64,000 nt of DNA from assembly GCA_903900265.1 (NCBI GenBank), contig CAIUMM010000015.1, positions 93,438 to 157,437 of the forward strand, given 5' to 3'. Made by a program: the position numbers and the translations under genes. Positions 52,868-62,326 of the stretch are shown here, piece by piece. Positions within the stretch are counted from its first letter, which is position 1. The number at the start of each line of letters is the position of its first letter. The stretch comes from an uncultured Pseudomonadota bacterium (lineage in GTDB: Bacteria > Myxococcota_A > UBA796 > SXON01). The notes beneath the pieces are model-generated. The model worked only from the letters and a program-made list of their open reading frames with translations, made no database searches and was not told the origin of the DNA.

Positions 52868-54288
52868 CAGGGGGCTCCGGCATCAAAGTAGCCGTGCTCG
52901 CGCATCACCTTCTGCTGCTCCGCAGACAGCCCGTTCGCCGAGCGGGTCATCCGGCGCGGGGTGTCGCGCAGCCACGTCACGAGCTCGCCGCGCAGCCGCT
53001 CCGCATCCGCCTCGGGTGCGTCCGACTCGAAGCCCGGACCGGGGAGCAGCGCGGTCTCGACGATCTCGGGGAGGCCGGCCGCAGCGGGCGGCGGGCCGGT
53101 GTAGGTCAGCCGGCCGGTGGCATCGGCGATGGAGTACGCGTTCATGCGCTTGCTGCCCCCGGTGACCGTGAACGCGCGCCCGGTGAAGGCCTCGCCGCGG
53201 AGCGCCGGGGCAAAGGACGCGCCGGACTGCACGGCCGGGAGGGGCGCGCCCGCCAGCTCTATCAGCGTGGGAAACACGTCCAACAGGCCCACCCGCTCGG
53301 TCACGACGCGGCCCTCGTGCTGGCGGGGCAGCTTGACCATCAGCACCACGTTCGCGGTGGCGTCGGTCACGCCGTAGCTGTGGTCGAAGACGCCGCGCTC
53401 GCCCAGCTCCTCGCCGTGGTCGGACATCACCGCCACGAGGGTGTCGTCCAGCAGGCCGCGCTGCTCCAGCACGGCCATCAGCGTGCCGAACCACGCGTCT
53501 GCGTAGCTCGCGCCGCCGTCGTACACCTTCCGGAGCTGGGCCGTGTCGGCGTCGGAGAACGCGCGTGGACGGGGCAGCGTGGTGGCGTTGAGCGCCGCCA
53601 GTCGTGCGCGTCCGGCGGTCGAGCGCGGCCGGAGCATGCTGTCGGTGGCTTCGATCGCGGCGGACCCGGGCAGCAGCGCCCCATCGGCCACGAACATCGC
53701 TGCGCTTGGCCCTGCGTCCTGCCACGGGCCCGGCTGCGTGCCGTCCGCGTACAGGTAGCCCCACGGGGTCGGGCGCTGGTACTGGTGCGCGTCGTAGCTG
53801 TGAACGAAAAGGAAGAACGGCGCGTCGGGGCGCCGGCTGTCGAGCCACGCCAGCGAAGGCGGCACCGTGTGGAAGAAAGAGCCGAACTGGGTCGGGCTTT
53901 CGTAGGTGTCGAAGCCCTTAGTCAGCCCGTACTCCGGCGCCAGCGCACCCCCGGCCACGAACGCCGCGGTCTGGTAGCCGCAGATGTGCAGCACCTCGGC
54001 CAGCGTGGGCACGCCGCGCAGATCGGGGACCTTCGAGGTGTCGAACAGCTCCATCGGGTAGCGGCCGGTGAACACAGCGGAGTGGGCCTCGGTGGTGTGC
54101 GTGGCCTGCGTGTCCGCATGCGTGAACACGGTCGCGTCAGTTGCGAAACGGTTTAGGTTCGGGGTGATGCCGTCGGTGTTGCCGTACGCGGCGAGCCGAT
54201 CGGCGCGCAGCGTGTCTAGCGACACCAACAGGATGGACGGCGGCCCGTTGGTGGCCCCGGCGCACGCGAGCAGCAGCAGCAGGGTCAT
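52867..54288 (-). CDS. sulfatase-fold hydrolase/transferase, Thr-type active site, lipoprotein
   Basis: MTLLLLLAC lipobox. ILLVSLDTLRADRL, ATHTTEAHSAVFTG in place of CxPxR, and VAVMSDHGEELGE. Confidence 0.8.
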   Translation of the reverse strand: MTLLLLLACAGATNGPPSILLVSLDTLRADRLAAYGNTDGITPNLNRFATDATVFTHADTQATHTTEAHSAVFTGRYPMELFDTSKVPDLRGVPTLAEVLHICGYQTAAFVAGGALAPEYGLTKGFDTYESPTQFGSFFHTVPPSLAWLDSRRPDAPFFLFVHSYDAHQYQRPTPWGYLYADGTQPGPWQDAGPSAAMFVADGALLPGSAAIEATDSMLRPRSTAGRARLAALNATTLPRPRAFSDADTAQLRKVYDGGASYADAWFGTLMAVLEQRGLLDDTLVAVMSDHGEELGERGVFDHSYGVTDATANVVLMVKLPRQHEGRVVTERVGLLDVFPTLIELAGAPLPAVQSGASFAPALRGEAFTGRAFTVTGGSKRMNAYSIADATGRLTYTGPPPAAAGLPEIVETALLPGPGFESDAPEADAERLRGELVTWLRDTPRRMTRSANGLSAEQQKVMREHGYFDAGAP

Positions 54289-54385
54289 GTGGGGCGGCTC
54301 CGTTACACGCCCTCGGGCGTTTGTGCTTGTGTATCGCGTACGTGCCGATCGGCACGCCGCCGCACCCGGAGCGCGCGCTGCCGCG

Positions 54386-55939
54386 CTACTTGGCTCGGGG
54401 GTGCGCCTCCCGGGGCGCGTCCGTCCAAGGCATCCACAGGTGCTGCTGGAGTGCGTCGACTTTTAGGGCGTTTACGCACTCCTCGCCGTCCTCGCCGTCT
54501 GGCCATTCCCGTGCCAGCGTGGGCACAGGCGTGCCGCCGGAGGCCCGCGCGTAGGCGTCATACACGCGGTTGCGGTCCATGTACGGTACCCGCCAGGGCG
54601 CGACCGGGGACAAAAACCCCGGGATCACCCCGAGCACGGCGAGCGTGAGCAGGCCGATGAGCCCGATGGACGGCTTGACCGGCCAATGTTCACCGCCCGC
54701 AGCACCGCCCGCAGCACCGCCCGCGGCTGCGATGCCGACGCCGAGCATCACCGGGAGCGCGGTCATCCCAAGCGTGAAGTACGTCGGTTGGGCGAAGGTG
54801 TGGAACACCACGTACAGGTTCAGCAGCAGCGGTATCGTCGGGGCGAACGCCGCCAGCCACGCCGAGGGACGTCGGCGGATCATCGGGGCTGCGGCTACGC
54901 TGGCAAAGGCGAGGGGGATCAGCCAGGGGGTCAGCCACGCCTCGCGGGCCGCGCGCTCGGTGGCGCCGGCGGACGCGCTTGCCGGGACCAGCGCCGCCAT
55001 GATCGCGAGCGACCTCAGCGCGTCAGGCAGAGACGCGATCGGCGACACCCCCCACGCAAAGTCTGTGGCCATCAACGTGTGGTGCTCGGGCTCGGAAAAA
55101 TCACGCACTTCTTTTAAGTAGCCGAGCGCTTGGAGCACCACTCCAGCGGGCGGGCGTCCGCCCATCACCGCAGTGTGGGCGAGGCCGGCGACCCACCAGG
55201 ACAGCGCCAGCGTCCCGAGGACACAAAGCAGCCGGGCAGGGAGCCCGCGTACAGGCCCGATCCCCGCGCTGATCCCGACCAGTCCGGCGCACCACAGTCC
55301 GACGGTGAAAAAGCGAACGTCTGCGGCGAGGATGAGCCCCGCGCCGCCGGCCCCCACAAGCAGCGCCGGCACGGTGCGCCAGCGCAGGGCTGCAGCCACC
55401 CCTGCGGCGCCGAGCACGCAGAGCGCGGTGGTCTCCGGATAGAACGATGGGCTTCGGGCCAACCACACAAAAGTTTGGTTTGCTGCGGCAAGTAGGACTG
55501 CGCACGCGCCAGCGACCCGGCCCCCGGCGATCCTCGCCCAGCTGTAGATGCCGAGGCCCATCACGCCGCCCGAGACCAGCGCCCCGCCGGTCAGCGCGCC
55601 GAGGATACCGAGCTCCCGCGTAGGGATGAGCAGCAGCAATCCAGCCAACGGCGAGTGCTTTGCGCCCCAGTCGGTCGGTACGGCGTCCCGGAGCGATCCC
55701 AGCGACCGGCAATATCCGGCGACGTCGATCTCCGAGTAGTCACCGCCGATGATGTGGTACTTGGGAAAGTGGAGTCCGGTGAGCACGGCAAAAAGGCACG
55801 CGAACGCTGCGGCGATCAGCAGCTCCAGCCCGAGCGGGGGGCTACGAACTGGTGTGGGGCTCGCGGGGTTGGGCTGGGTCCGCCGGGCCCACAGCGCGCA
55901 CAGCGCGATGGCCGTTAGCGTAGGCCACACGCTCCACAT
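54386..55939 (-). CDS. polytopic membrane protein, GT-C/ArnT-like candidate
   Basis: 517 aa with about 12 hydrophobic segments and a short soluble C-terminus. The first-loop pattern ..GGDYSEIDVAGY...KHSPLAGLLLL resembles PMT_2/ArnT proteins. Confidence 0.6.
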   Translation of the reverse strand: MWSVWPTLTAIALCALWARRTQPNPASPTPVRSPPLGLELLIAAAFACLFAVLTGLHFPKYHIIGGDYSEIDVAGYCRSLGSLRDAVPTDWGAKHSPLAGLLLLIPTRELGILGALTGGALVSGGVMGLGIYSWARIAGGRVAGACAVLLAAANQTFVWLARSPSFYPETTALCVLGAAGVAAALRWRTVPALLVGAGGAGLILAADVRFFTVGLWCAGLVGISAGIGPVRGLPARLLCVLGTLALSWWVAGLAHTAVMGGRPPAGVVLQALGYLKEVRDFSEPEHHTLMATDFAWGVSPIASLPDALRSLAIMAALVPASASAGATERAAREAWLTPWLIPLAFASVAAAPMIRRRPSAWLAAFAPTIPLLLNLYVVFHTFAQPTYFTLGMTALPVMLGVGIAAAGGAAGGAAGGEHWPVKPSIGLIGLLTLAVLGVIPGFLSPVAPWRVPYMDRNRVYDAYARASGGTPVPTLAREWPDGEDGEECVNALKVDALQQHLWMPWTDAPREAHPRAK

Positions 55940-56065
55940 CAGCGGGCTCCGCAGTAGATGCCGACGCGGTCGTACGCAGCGCTGGTACGCTTGGGGTCGC
56001 TCATGGCGGGGTCATAGCCTATCCAGCCTCAAGTCGACGTAGGGACGGGCTATGCTGGCAACATC

Positions 56066-57628
56066 ATGTCTCGGTCCAGAAATCCAGTCCGCGGACGGGC
56101 GCGACGCAAGCAGGCCGAGCGCATGGCTGGGCTTGCGCTGGGCTGTGTCGGCTTCGCGCTGCTTCTGTTCGGCATTGGCACGACGTTTAGCGTGGAGATA
56201 GAGTCTTTGCAGGCGGTTTTGCAGACGCTTTTGCAGACGTCTTCGGGCCCCGCTCCCAATGCGGCTCCCAAAGCGGCCCCCGCTCCGATCGTAGCGGCTG
56301 TTCCCGCCGCGCCGCCTGCTGAGCCCCCGGAGCCGGTGCTTGACCCCGATCGTCCGCCCAACGTCTTGCTGATCACGCTCTGTTCGGTGCGGCAGGATCA
56401 CGTAGGGGCCAGCGGCTACGCGAGCGCCGCCACGCCGACGCTGGACGCGCTGGCGGCCGAAGGGGTCTGGTTCAGTCACGCATGGGCTCCGGCTACCTTC
56501 ACGCTGCCGAGCCACGCGTCGATGTTCACCGGCTTGCTGCCCAGCCGCGCCGGGGTCATGGAGACGGTCGACACCATTCGACCGTCGGTGCCGACCTTGC
56601 CGGAGATCATGAAGCTGTACGGCTACCACACGGTGGCCTACGCGCCGGTCTCGAGCCGGGCGAGCTTCAGCGCCGGATACGGCTTCGAGCGCGGCTTCGA
56701 TCAGTTCATCGAAGGCGGATCAGCCGCTGCGAGCGCGAGCTTGGGGGATCAAGCCGCGCTCGACGCGATCACGACTGCGCAGCCCTACTTTGCGGTCGTG
56801 CACTTGAAGGAGGCGCACCCTCCCTACACGCCGCCGCGGGGCACCGAGGTAGATCCTCGCATCCTCGAATGGAGCACGCGTCGTGGGGGCGGGCCGGGCG
56901 CACAGAACCCGGACGATTGGATGGTCGGCCAAATGCAGGACGATCCGGCGCTCGCCAAAGCCGTCGCCGGGCTCTACGACGGCGCCCTGCACCGTGTGGA
57001 CGAGCACGTAGGCCGGATCCTCGAGTGGTTGAAGGGCCGCGGCGCGCTCGACCACACCATCGTCATCGTCGCCGGGGATCACGGGCAGGCGTTGGGAGAG
57101 GGAGGGCACATCGGGCATCAGGGCTTGTTGCAGCCTGAGGTACTCAACGTGCCGCTTTTGGTGCGCATGCCGAGCGACATGCCCGAGGCCTCGCGTGGCT
57201 TGCGGGTGGACGCCGACGTCGGGCTCGTTGACCTGCTCCCGACCATCGTGGATCTGGTGGACGCGACGCCCCCTGCCACGCTGGATGGGCGTAGCCTCGT
57301 TCCGTTGCTCGAAGGAGGGACCTTGCCGGAGCGCGGCGCGTTGGCGCAGGCGGTGGTGCAGCAGCCCGATGGGCGTGGGTTCGCGACCGAGGTCCTCGTG
57401 CACGGTCCGCTCTGGCTGAACTTCCCGATGCACGAGCAGGGCGCGTGGAGCCTGCGGCGCTTGTCGAACGGAGTTTGGGAGCCTGTTGATGCCGGATCTG
57501 CAGCATCTGTCGCGGCGCCGATGCTCGCGGAGCGCACGTTGCTCTCGGGTGTTGAAGCGCCTCCGGGAACGCCGACCGCGCTCACGGCAAAGCAAAAAGA
57601 GGAGCTTCGGCTCCAAGGCTATTGGTAG
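56066..57628 (+). CDS. sulfatase-fold hydrolase/transferase, Thr-type active site
   Basis: TM anchor LALGCVGFALLLFGI. VLLITLCSVRQDH, ATFTLPSHASMFTG in place of CxPxR, and VIVAGDHGQALGE. Confidence 0.8.
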   Translation: MSRSRNPVRGRARRKQAERMAGLALGCVGFALLLFGIGTTFSVEIESLQAVLQTLLQTSSGPAPNAAPKAAPAPIVAAVPAAPPAEPPEPVLDPDRPPNVLLITLCSVRQDHVGASGYASAATPTLDALAAEGVWFSHAWAPATFTLPSHASMFTGLLPSRAGVMETVDTIRPSVPTLPEIMKLYGYHTVAYAPVSSRASFSAGYGFERGFDQFIEGGSAAASASLGDQAALDAITTAQPYFAVVHLKEAHPPYTPPRGTEVDPRILEWSTRRGGGPGAQNPDDWMVGQMQDDPALAKAVAGLYDGALHRVDEHVGRILEWLKGRGALDHTIVIVAGDHGQALGEGGHIGHQGLLQPEVLNVPLLVRMPSDMPEASRGLRVDADVGLVDLLPTIVDLVDATPPATLDGRSLVPLLEGGTLPERGALAQAVVQQPDGRGFATEVLVHGPLWLNFPMHEQGAWSLRRLSNGVWEPVDAGSAASVAAPMLAERTLLSGVEAPPGTPTALTAKQKEELRLQGYW

Positions 57629-57675
57629 CCGCTGTTCATCGTTGCGTGCGCGGGTCTAAGGCCGACGCGATTCGC

Positions 57676-59166
57676 CTACGGGTTCGCCGCGCCGGTCGGC
57701 GGTACCAGAAACAGCGGACCGGTGCACGCGCCTTTGCCCAGCGAGAGCGCGCCGGGGCCGGGCGCGCGACTCGGGCCGGTGATGCGCCATCCGTCGGGGA
57801 CGTCGTCGCAGGGGTACACCGGCGCGTCGTCGCGGACGTGAATCCAGGGCTCGTCGCTGCACACGGCAGCGCCGTCGGGGAGCAGCGGAGCCACGCGTTC
57901 GAGCGAGGCTTGCTGGTCCCGTGCGCAGGTCACGGCAAAGCCGGCGCGCGCGACCTCCACGGTAGACAGCCGCAGGCCGGTCCAACCCCACGCGAGCACA
58001 AGCGCGGTCCCGCCCGCGACCCAGCGCCGGGCCCCTCCGAGCTGGCCGAGCATGCCCGCGACCCCCAACACCGCGCCCAACAACGGCAGCTCGATGTGGC
58101 GCGCCTGAAAGACCATGAAGTACAGCGGCGTCCCTGCGGCCAGCATGGTGATCGGCAGCCAACGCCCGAAGCGCGCTGCGGCCGCCGCGCCAAGCCCCCC
58201 GCGCCGCGCCGCCCACAGCGTGACGGCGATCCCAAGCACCCACGGCCCGATCATCGCGACTGTGCGTACGACTTGCAGCGCCGCGAAGCCCGCCGCCCGC
58301 GTCCACGCGCTGCCCCCGTGGGGTCCGAGCACGGCGCGCACCGGCCGGGGCACGATCCACCCCGGGACGTCCGGCGACGCCAGCGCGTTCACGGCGCGGC
58401 CGTTCACGACGAGATCCCACGCTTGTTGCACCGGCATCACCACCCGCCCGCCGAGCCCGTCGGGGGGTTGTCCTACGGCGGCAAATACGGTGAGCGCGGC
58501 GACGCCCAAACCCAGCCCCAGCGCGGCCGCTCCGGCCCGGCGCTTGCGCGCGCGTGTTGAGGTGTTCCAGATCACCCCCGCGTACAACGCAATGAGTAGG
58601 CCTCCGAACACGACGCCGGTCTCTTTGAAGCCGGTCATCGCCCCGGCGAGCACGCCGAGGCCCAAGGACGCGCCGATGCCATCGGTCTCCCGGGCCGCTA
58701 CACGCTGAAGTCCGATCGCGAGCAGGACCACCGCGAGCGCGAGGGTGCTGGTCGGCTCCACGCGCGAGGACCACGCGAGCAGGGTCGGCAGCCCGAGGGT
58801 GAGCCAGCCCGCCCAACGTCCAGCTTTCAAGCCGCCAAGTTGTGCGCCTAAGGTCGCCATGGCCGCGGGCAACGCGGCGCCGGCGACGAGCGATAGAACT
58901 TGCGCCGCCCGCAGGGTGGAGAGGCCGCTCAGCAGGTGTAGCAGCGCAGCAAGGACGGGATAAAGCGGAGGATGTCCGCCGTTGATGTCCCCGTGGGCGA
59001 GGAACACTGCGCGGGCTCCCCAGAACACGGCGTCTTCGCCAAAGGGCGGCGCGCTCGCAGCCCCCGCGCGCGCCCCGAGCCCGAGGATGACCGCGGCGGC
59101 GACCGTGACGAGCAACGGCCGCTCCCAGATGGGCCAACGGGGAGTTTCGGGCATCTCGGACGGCAT
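57676..59166 (-). CDS. ArnT/PMT_2-like GT-C glycosyltransferase candidate
   Basis: Start trimmed to ATG 59166 (MPSEMPETPRWP). GEDAVFWGARAVFLAHGDINGGHPPLYPVLAALL resembles the conserved first periplasmic loop of ArnT-type enzymes. About 11 TM helices plus a soluble C-terminal domain. Confidence 0.65.
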   Translation of the reverse strand: MPSEMPETPRWPIWERPLLVTVAAAVILGLGARAGAASAPPFGEDAVFWGARAVFLAHGDINGGHPPLYPVLAALLHLLSGLSTLRAAQVLSLVAGAALPAAMATLGAQLGGLKAGRWAGWLTLGLPTLLAWSSRVEPTSTLALAVVLLAIGLQRVAARETDGIGASLGLGVLAGAMTGFKETGVVFGGLLIALYAGVIWNTSTRARKRRAGAAALGLGLGVAALTVFAAVGQPPDGLGGRVVMPVQQAWDLVVNGRAVNALASPDVPGWIVPRPVRAVLGPHGGSAWTRAAGFAALQVVRTVAMIGPWVLGIAVTLWAARRGGLGAAAAARFGRWLPITMLAAGTPLYFMVFQARHIELPLLGAVLGVAGMLGQLGGARRWVAGGTALVLAWGWTGLRLSTVEVARAGFAVTCARDQQASLERVAPLLPDGAAVCSDEPWIHVRDDAPVYPCDDVPDGWRITGPSRAPGPGALSLGKGACTGPLFLVPPTGAANP

Positions 59167-59174
59167 GGAGGCTT

Positions 59175-60683
59175 CTATGCCGCTCCGCGGGTCTCGCGCG
59201 TGGCGTACCAATCCCGCAAGCGGACACCGTAGGCGGCGTCCATCTCGGCGCGGATGTCTGAAGGGCCGGTGTGCGCATCGCGGAGCATCGCGGCGGCTTT
59301 GTCCCAAGCTGCGAGGTTCGCGGGCAGCGGGATCCTGCACACCTGCTTGGCGGCCAGCTTGATCGCCCCGCCGGTAAACCCAGCCCCGCCGTACTGCTCC
59401 AGCGCCCACGCGCTCGCGAACGGGGAGAGCAGCACCGCCAACACCCGCCACACGTCCTCGACCTGCGTCGGCGTGACGCTCACCACCGGCGTCACCGGCA
59501 AATACTGTCCTTCGGGGTCGGCGATCGCCTCGAGCACGCGGCTCTGCGTCGCGAGCAGCACCTTCGGCACCCGCCGCCTCGGGATCCACGGCGCGAGCCG
59601 CCCGGGCAGCACGGTGTCGCCGGGAATCGCCGGACCGATCCACGCCTGCTTGTGAAGCCGAACCTTGGTTTTACCCCACAGGCACTGCGCCGGATCGATG
59701 TGTCCGGACACGATCACCGGGATGTCGCCGGGCAGGGCCTCGCGCACGAGCCCGGCGAGCGCGTAGTACTCGTCGCGAAAATCGGCGGTGGCGGTGGCGA
59801 GATCGGCGAGCGTTCCCGAGGTCTGCGCGTTGAACGTGGGCAGTCCGAAGCCCTCGGGGATTAGTGGGCTCCAGGTGCCGGAGGCGTCGGCCGTCGCGTT
59901 GTCGGCGTCCGCGCTGGGCCGCGCGCTTAGGCGGGAGCCCGCAGGCAGGGCCGTGAACGTCGGCCCGCACCAGCGCAGCAGCTCGGGCGGGGCGGCCGCG
60001 GCCCCCTTCGCGGGGAGCAGCGCGGGCGCCAGCCCGATCACGCACACATCCACCAAGGCGTCGGGGAACATCTTTGCGTTGGCGACCCAGATGGCGGCGA
60101 GCTTCGGCGCGAGGTGCGCGCGGATCGGCGCGGCGTCGCGGCTGGCCAGCGTAGACACGGGTTGCACGAGCACGACGGTAGCGGCCAGATCGGCGGCGAT
60201 GCGGAGGAACATGGCGGCGGTGTCGGTGTACGCGCCGATGCCGCCCGGAAAGCGTGCGCGCAGGGCTCGCGCGCGGTCCTCGCTGAGCACGGTGTCGCCG
60301 CGCAGCTGTCCGAGGAACGGCGGGTTCCCGATTACGAGGTCAAAGGCGTAGGATGAAGCGCTGGAAATTGCCGATCCCAGCACGTCGCGGTGTTCGAGAC
60401 GCGCGCCTACAGCGTTGACGGCGGCTTCAGCGAGCGCCGCCGGATCGATGTCCCAGCCGTGGATCTCTGCGTTCGGCCAGCGCTTCTGGCAAGCCGCCAA
60501 CACGCGCCCGTCCCCGCACGAGGGATCGAGGATGCGTAGGGGCGCGCCGGGGGGCGCTGCCGGCAGCAGCCGCGCGGCGACCTCCACCAGAAAGTCGACC
60601 AGCGCGGGCGGCGTGTACCAAGCGCCATGCGAGCGCCGCGCGGTGCGGTCGCTAGAGTTTCCTAGGGCTTTGGTGGCGCTCAC
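59175..60683 (-). CDS. gamma-class N6-adenine DNA methyltransferase (TaqI/Eco57I-like)
   Basis: Motif order is GAWYTPPALVDFLV (X), ILDPSCGDG (I), DLVIGNPPFLG (IV). The likely GTG start at 60683 overlaps the glpD stop (GTGA). No endonuclease-like ORF is adjacent. Confidence 0.75.
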   Translation of the reverse strand: MSATKALGNSSDRTARRSHGAWYTPPALVDFLVEVAARLLPAAPPGAPLRILDPSCGDGRVLAACQKRWPNAEIHGWDIDPAALAEAAVNAVGARLEHRDVLGSAISSASSYAFDLVIGNPPFLGQLRGDTVLSEDRARALRARFPGGIGAYTDTAAMFLRIAADLAATVVLVQPVSTLASRDAAPIRAHLAPKLAAIWVANAKMFPDALVDVCVIGLAPALLPAKGAAAAPPELLRWCGPTFTALPAGSRLSARPSADADNATADASGTWSPLIPEGFGLPTFNAQTSGTLADLATATADFRDEYYALAGLVREALPGDIPVIVSGHIDPAQCLWGKTKVRLHKQAWIGPAIPGDTVLPGRLAPWIPRRRVPKVLLATQSRVLEAIADPEGQYLPVTPVVSVTPTQVEDVWRVLAVLLSPFASAWALEQYGGAGFTGGAIKLAAKQVCRIPLPANLAAWDKAAAMLRDAHTGPSDIRAEMDAAYGVRLRDWYATRETRGAA

Positions 60684-62272
60684 TCCTTCCAAGCGCGGCT
60701 CTGCGCGACCTCGGCCTGCCAAGCCAAGACCTCTGCGGTGCGCCGCGCTTCGTCCCAGCCGCACAGCATCGCCATCCGATCGGCCACGCGCTCGGTGGCG
60801 CCGAGGCCTTGGTCGTGGTCGCGGAAGTACAGCTGGGTGCGGCGGATCATCACGTCACGGACGGTGCGGGCGAGCTCATGCGCGACGGCAAAATCCACCT
60901 GCGCGAGGCGCTCGGGGCGGCCCTCCACCAGCGCCGCGCCCAGCTCGGGGTTGGCGCGGATGCTGGCTGCGACCTCGACGCCGCGCATGCCGTAGGTGCG
61001 CGCGAACAGCTGCGCCGTCGGCTCATCGACGGGCCCAGCCTCCTGAATCTGCCGGATGACGCTCGCGAGGTTGTCATCTTGCGGCCAGCCCACGGCGCCC
61101 GGCAAGGGCTTGCGGGCGGTGTGGGCCTCGCGGAAGTCCTGGGCGGGCGCGGTGAGCCTGAGCAGCGCCACGGCCCGATCCACCACCTCTTTGGACATCT
61201 TGCGGTAGGTCGTCAGCTTGCCGCCGGCGATGGTGATCAAGCCGTCGCTGCCGACCAAGATCTCATGCTCGCGCGACACCGAGCTCTCGCTGCCTTCGGC
61301 GTTGATCAGCGGGCGCAGGCCGGCCCAGGTAGAGAGCACGTCGGCGGTCGTGAGCTGTGCGGCCGGAAAGTAGACGTTCGCAGCGTCTAACAGGTAGCGG
61401 ACATCGTCCGCATCCGCGGCGACATCGGCCGGATCGCCGACGTAATCGGTGTCGGTGGTGCCGATGTAGGTGCGGTCGGCCCAGGGGATCGCGAACAGCA
61501 CGCGGCCATCGCTGGGATGGAAGCAGACGACGGCGTTGTTGACCGGTACGCGGCTGTGATCCACGACGATGTGCACGCCTTTGGTGGTGCGCAGCAGCGG
61601 CTTCGGGCCCCCGCGTACGGTGTCGGTCCACGGGCCGGTGGCGTTGATGATCACGCGGGCGTCGACGTCGCGCTCGATCCCGGTGATCATGTCGCGCACG
61701 CGGGCTCCAGACACGCGCCCGGCGGGATCGCGCCGGAAGCCGACCATCTTGGTCCAGGTGTGGATCTCGGCGCCTTCCTTCTGCGCATCGAGGGCGTTCT
61801 CGAGCGTCAGCCGGGCGTCGTCGGTCGCGCAGTCGTAGTACAGCGGCGCGCCTTTGAGATCGGTGTTGTCCAACGCCGGTTCTTCTTTGGCGATCTCCTT
61901 CCGCGAGAGGTTCCGGTGGATCTTCGGAGACCGAAACAGCGAGAGCCCGTCATAGAGCCACATGCCGAGGTTCACGGTGAACACGCCGCGCCGCGAGCGC
62001 TTGTAGACCGGGAACACAAAGCCTAAGGGCGTGACCAGATGCGGCGCGATGTCCATCAGCACGCGGCGTTCGGACACCGCCTCAAAAACAAGGGAGAACT
62101 CGCCTTGTTCGAGGTAGCGCAGCCCGCCGTGCACGAGCTTGGACGAGCGGGACGACGTGCCGGACGCGATGTCCGAGGCTTCGACCAGCCCCACCTTCAA
62201 GCCGCGCATCGCAGCGTCTCGCGCCGCTCCACACCCGACGATACCGCCACCGATGATCAGGACATCAAGCAT
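60680..62272 (-). CDS. glpD: FAD-dependent glycerol-3-phosphate dehydrogenase
   Basis: 530 aa. DVLIIGGGIVGCGAARDAAMRGL and GTSSRSSKLVHGGLRYLEQ are classic GlpD N-terminal motifs. Confidence 0.95.
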   Translation of the reverse strand: MLDVLIIGGGIVGCGAARDAAMRGLKVGLVEASDIASGTSSRSSKLVHGGLRYLEQGEFSLVFEAVSERRVLMDIAPHLVTPLGFVFPVYKRSRRGVFTVNLGMWLYDGLSLFRSPKIHRNLSRKEIAKEEPALDNTDLKGAPLYYDCATDDARLTLENALDAQKEGAEIHTWTKMVGFRRDPAGRVSGARVRDMITGIERDVDARVIINATGPWTDTVRGGPKPLLRTTKGVHIVVDHSRVPVNNAVVCFHPSDGRVLFAIPWADRTYIGTTDTDYVGDPADVAADADDVRYLLDAANVYFPAAQLTTADVLSTWAGLRPLINAEGSESSVSREHEILVGSDGLITIAGGKLTTYRKMSKEVVDRAVALLRLTAPAQDFREAHTARKPLPGAVGWPQDDNLASVIRQIQEAGPVDEPTAQLFARTYGMRGVEVAASIRANPELGAALVEGRPERLAQVDFAVAHELARTVRDVMIRRTQLYFRDHDQGLGATERVADRMAMLCGWDEARRTAEVLAWQAEVAQSRAWKE

Positions 62273-62326
62273 GGGGAGGTCTAACGCGCCGCGGTCTCGG
62301 GCCTCGTCTCAGGCCCAGGCCCAGTC

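Noticed and set aside
36603-57628. The idea that the FGE-family gene matures the three 'sulfatases' downstream (an FGE-sulfatase system).
   Set aside because: None of the three sulfatase-fold proteins has the C/S-x-P-x-R motif that FGE modifies (they have T-L-P-A-L, T-T-E-A-H and T-L-P-S-H). The FGE gene is also 13 kb or more away, in a different transcription unit.
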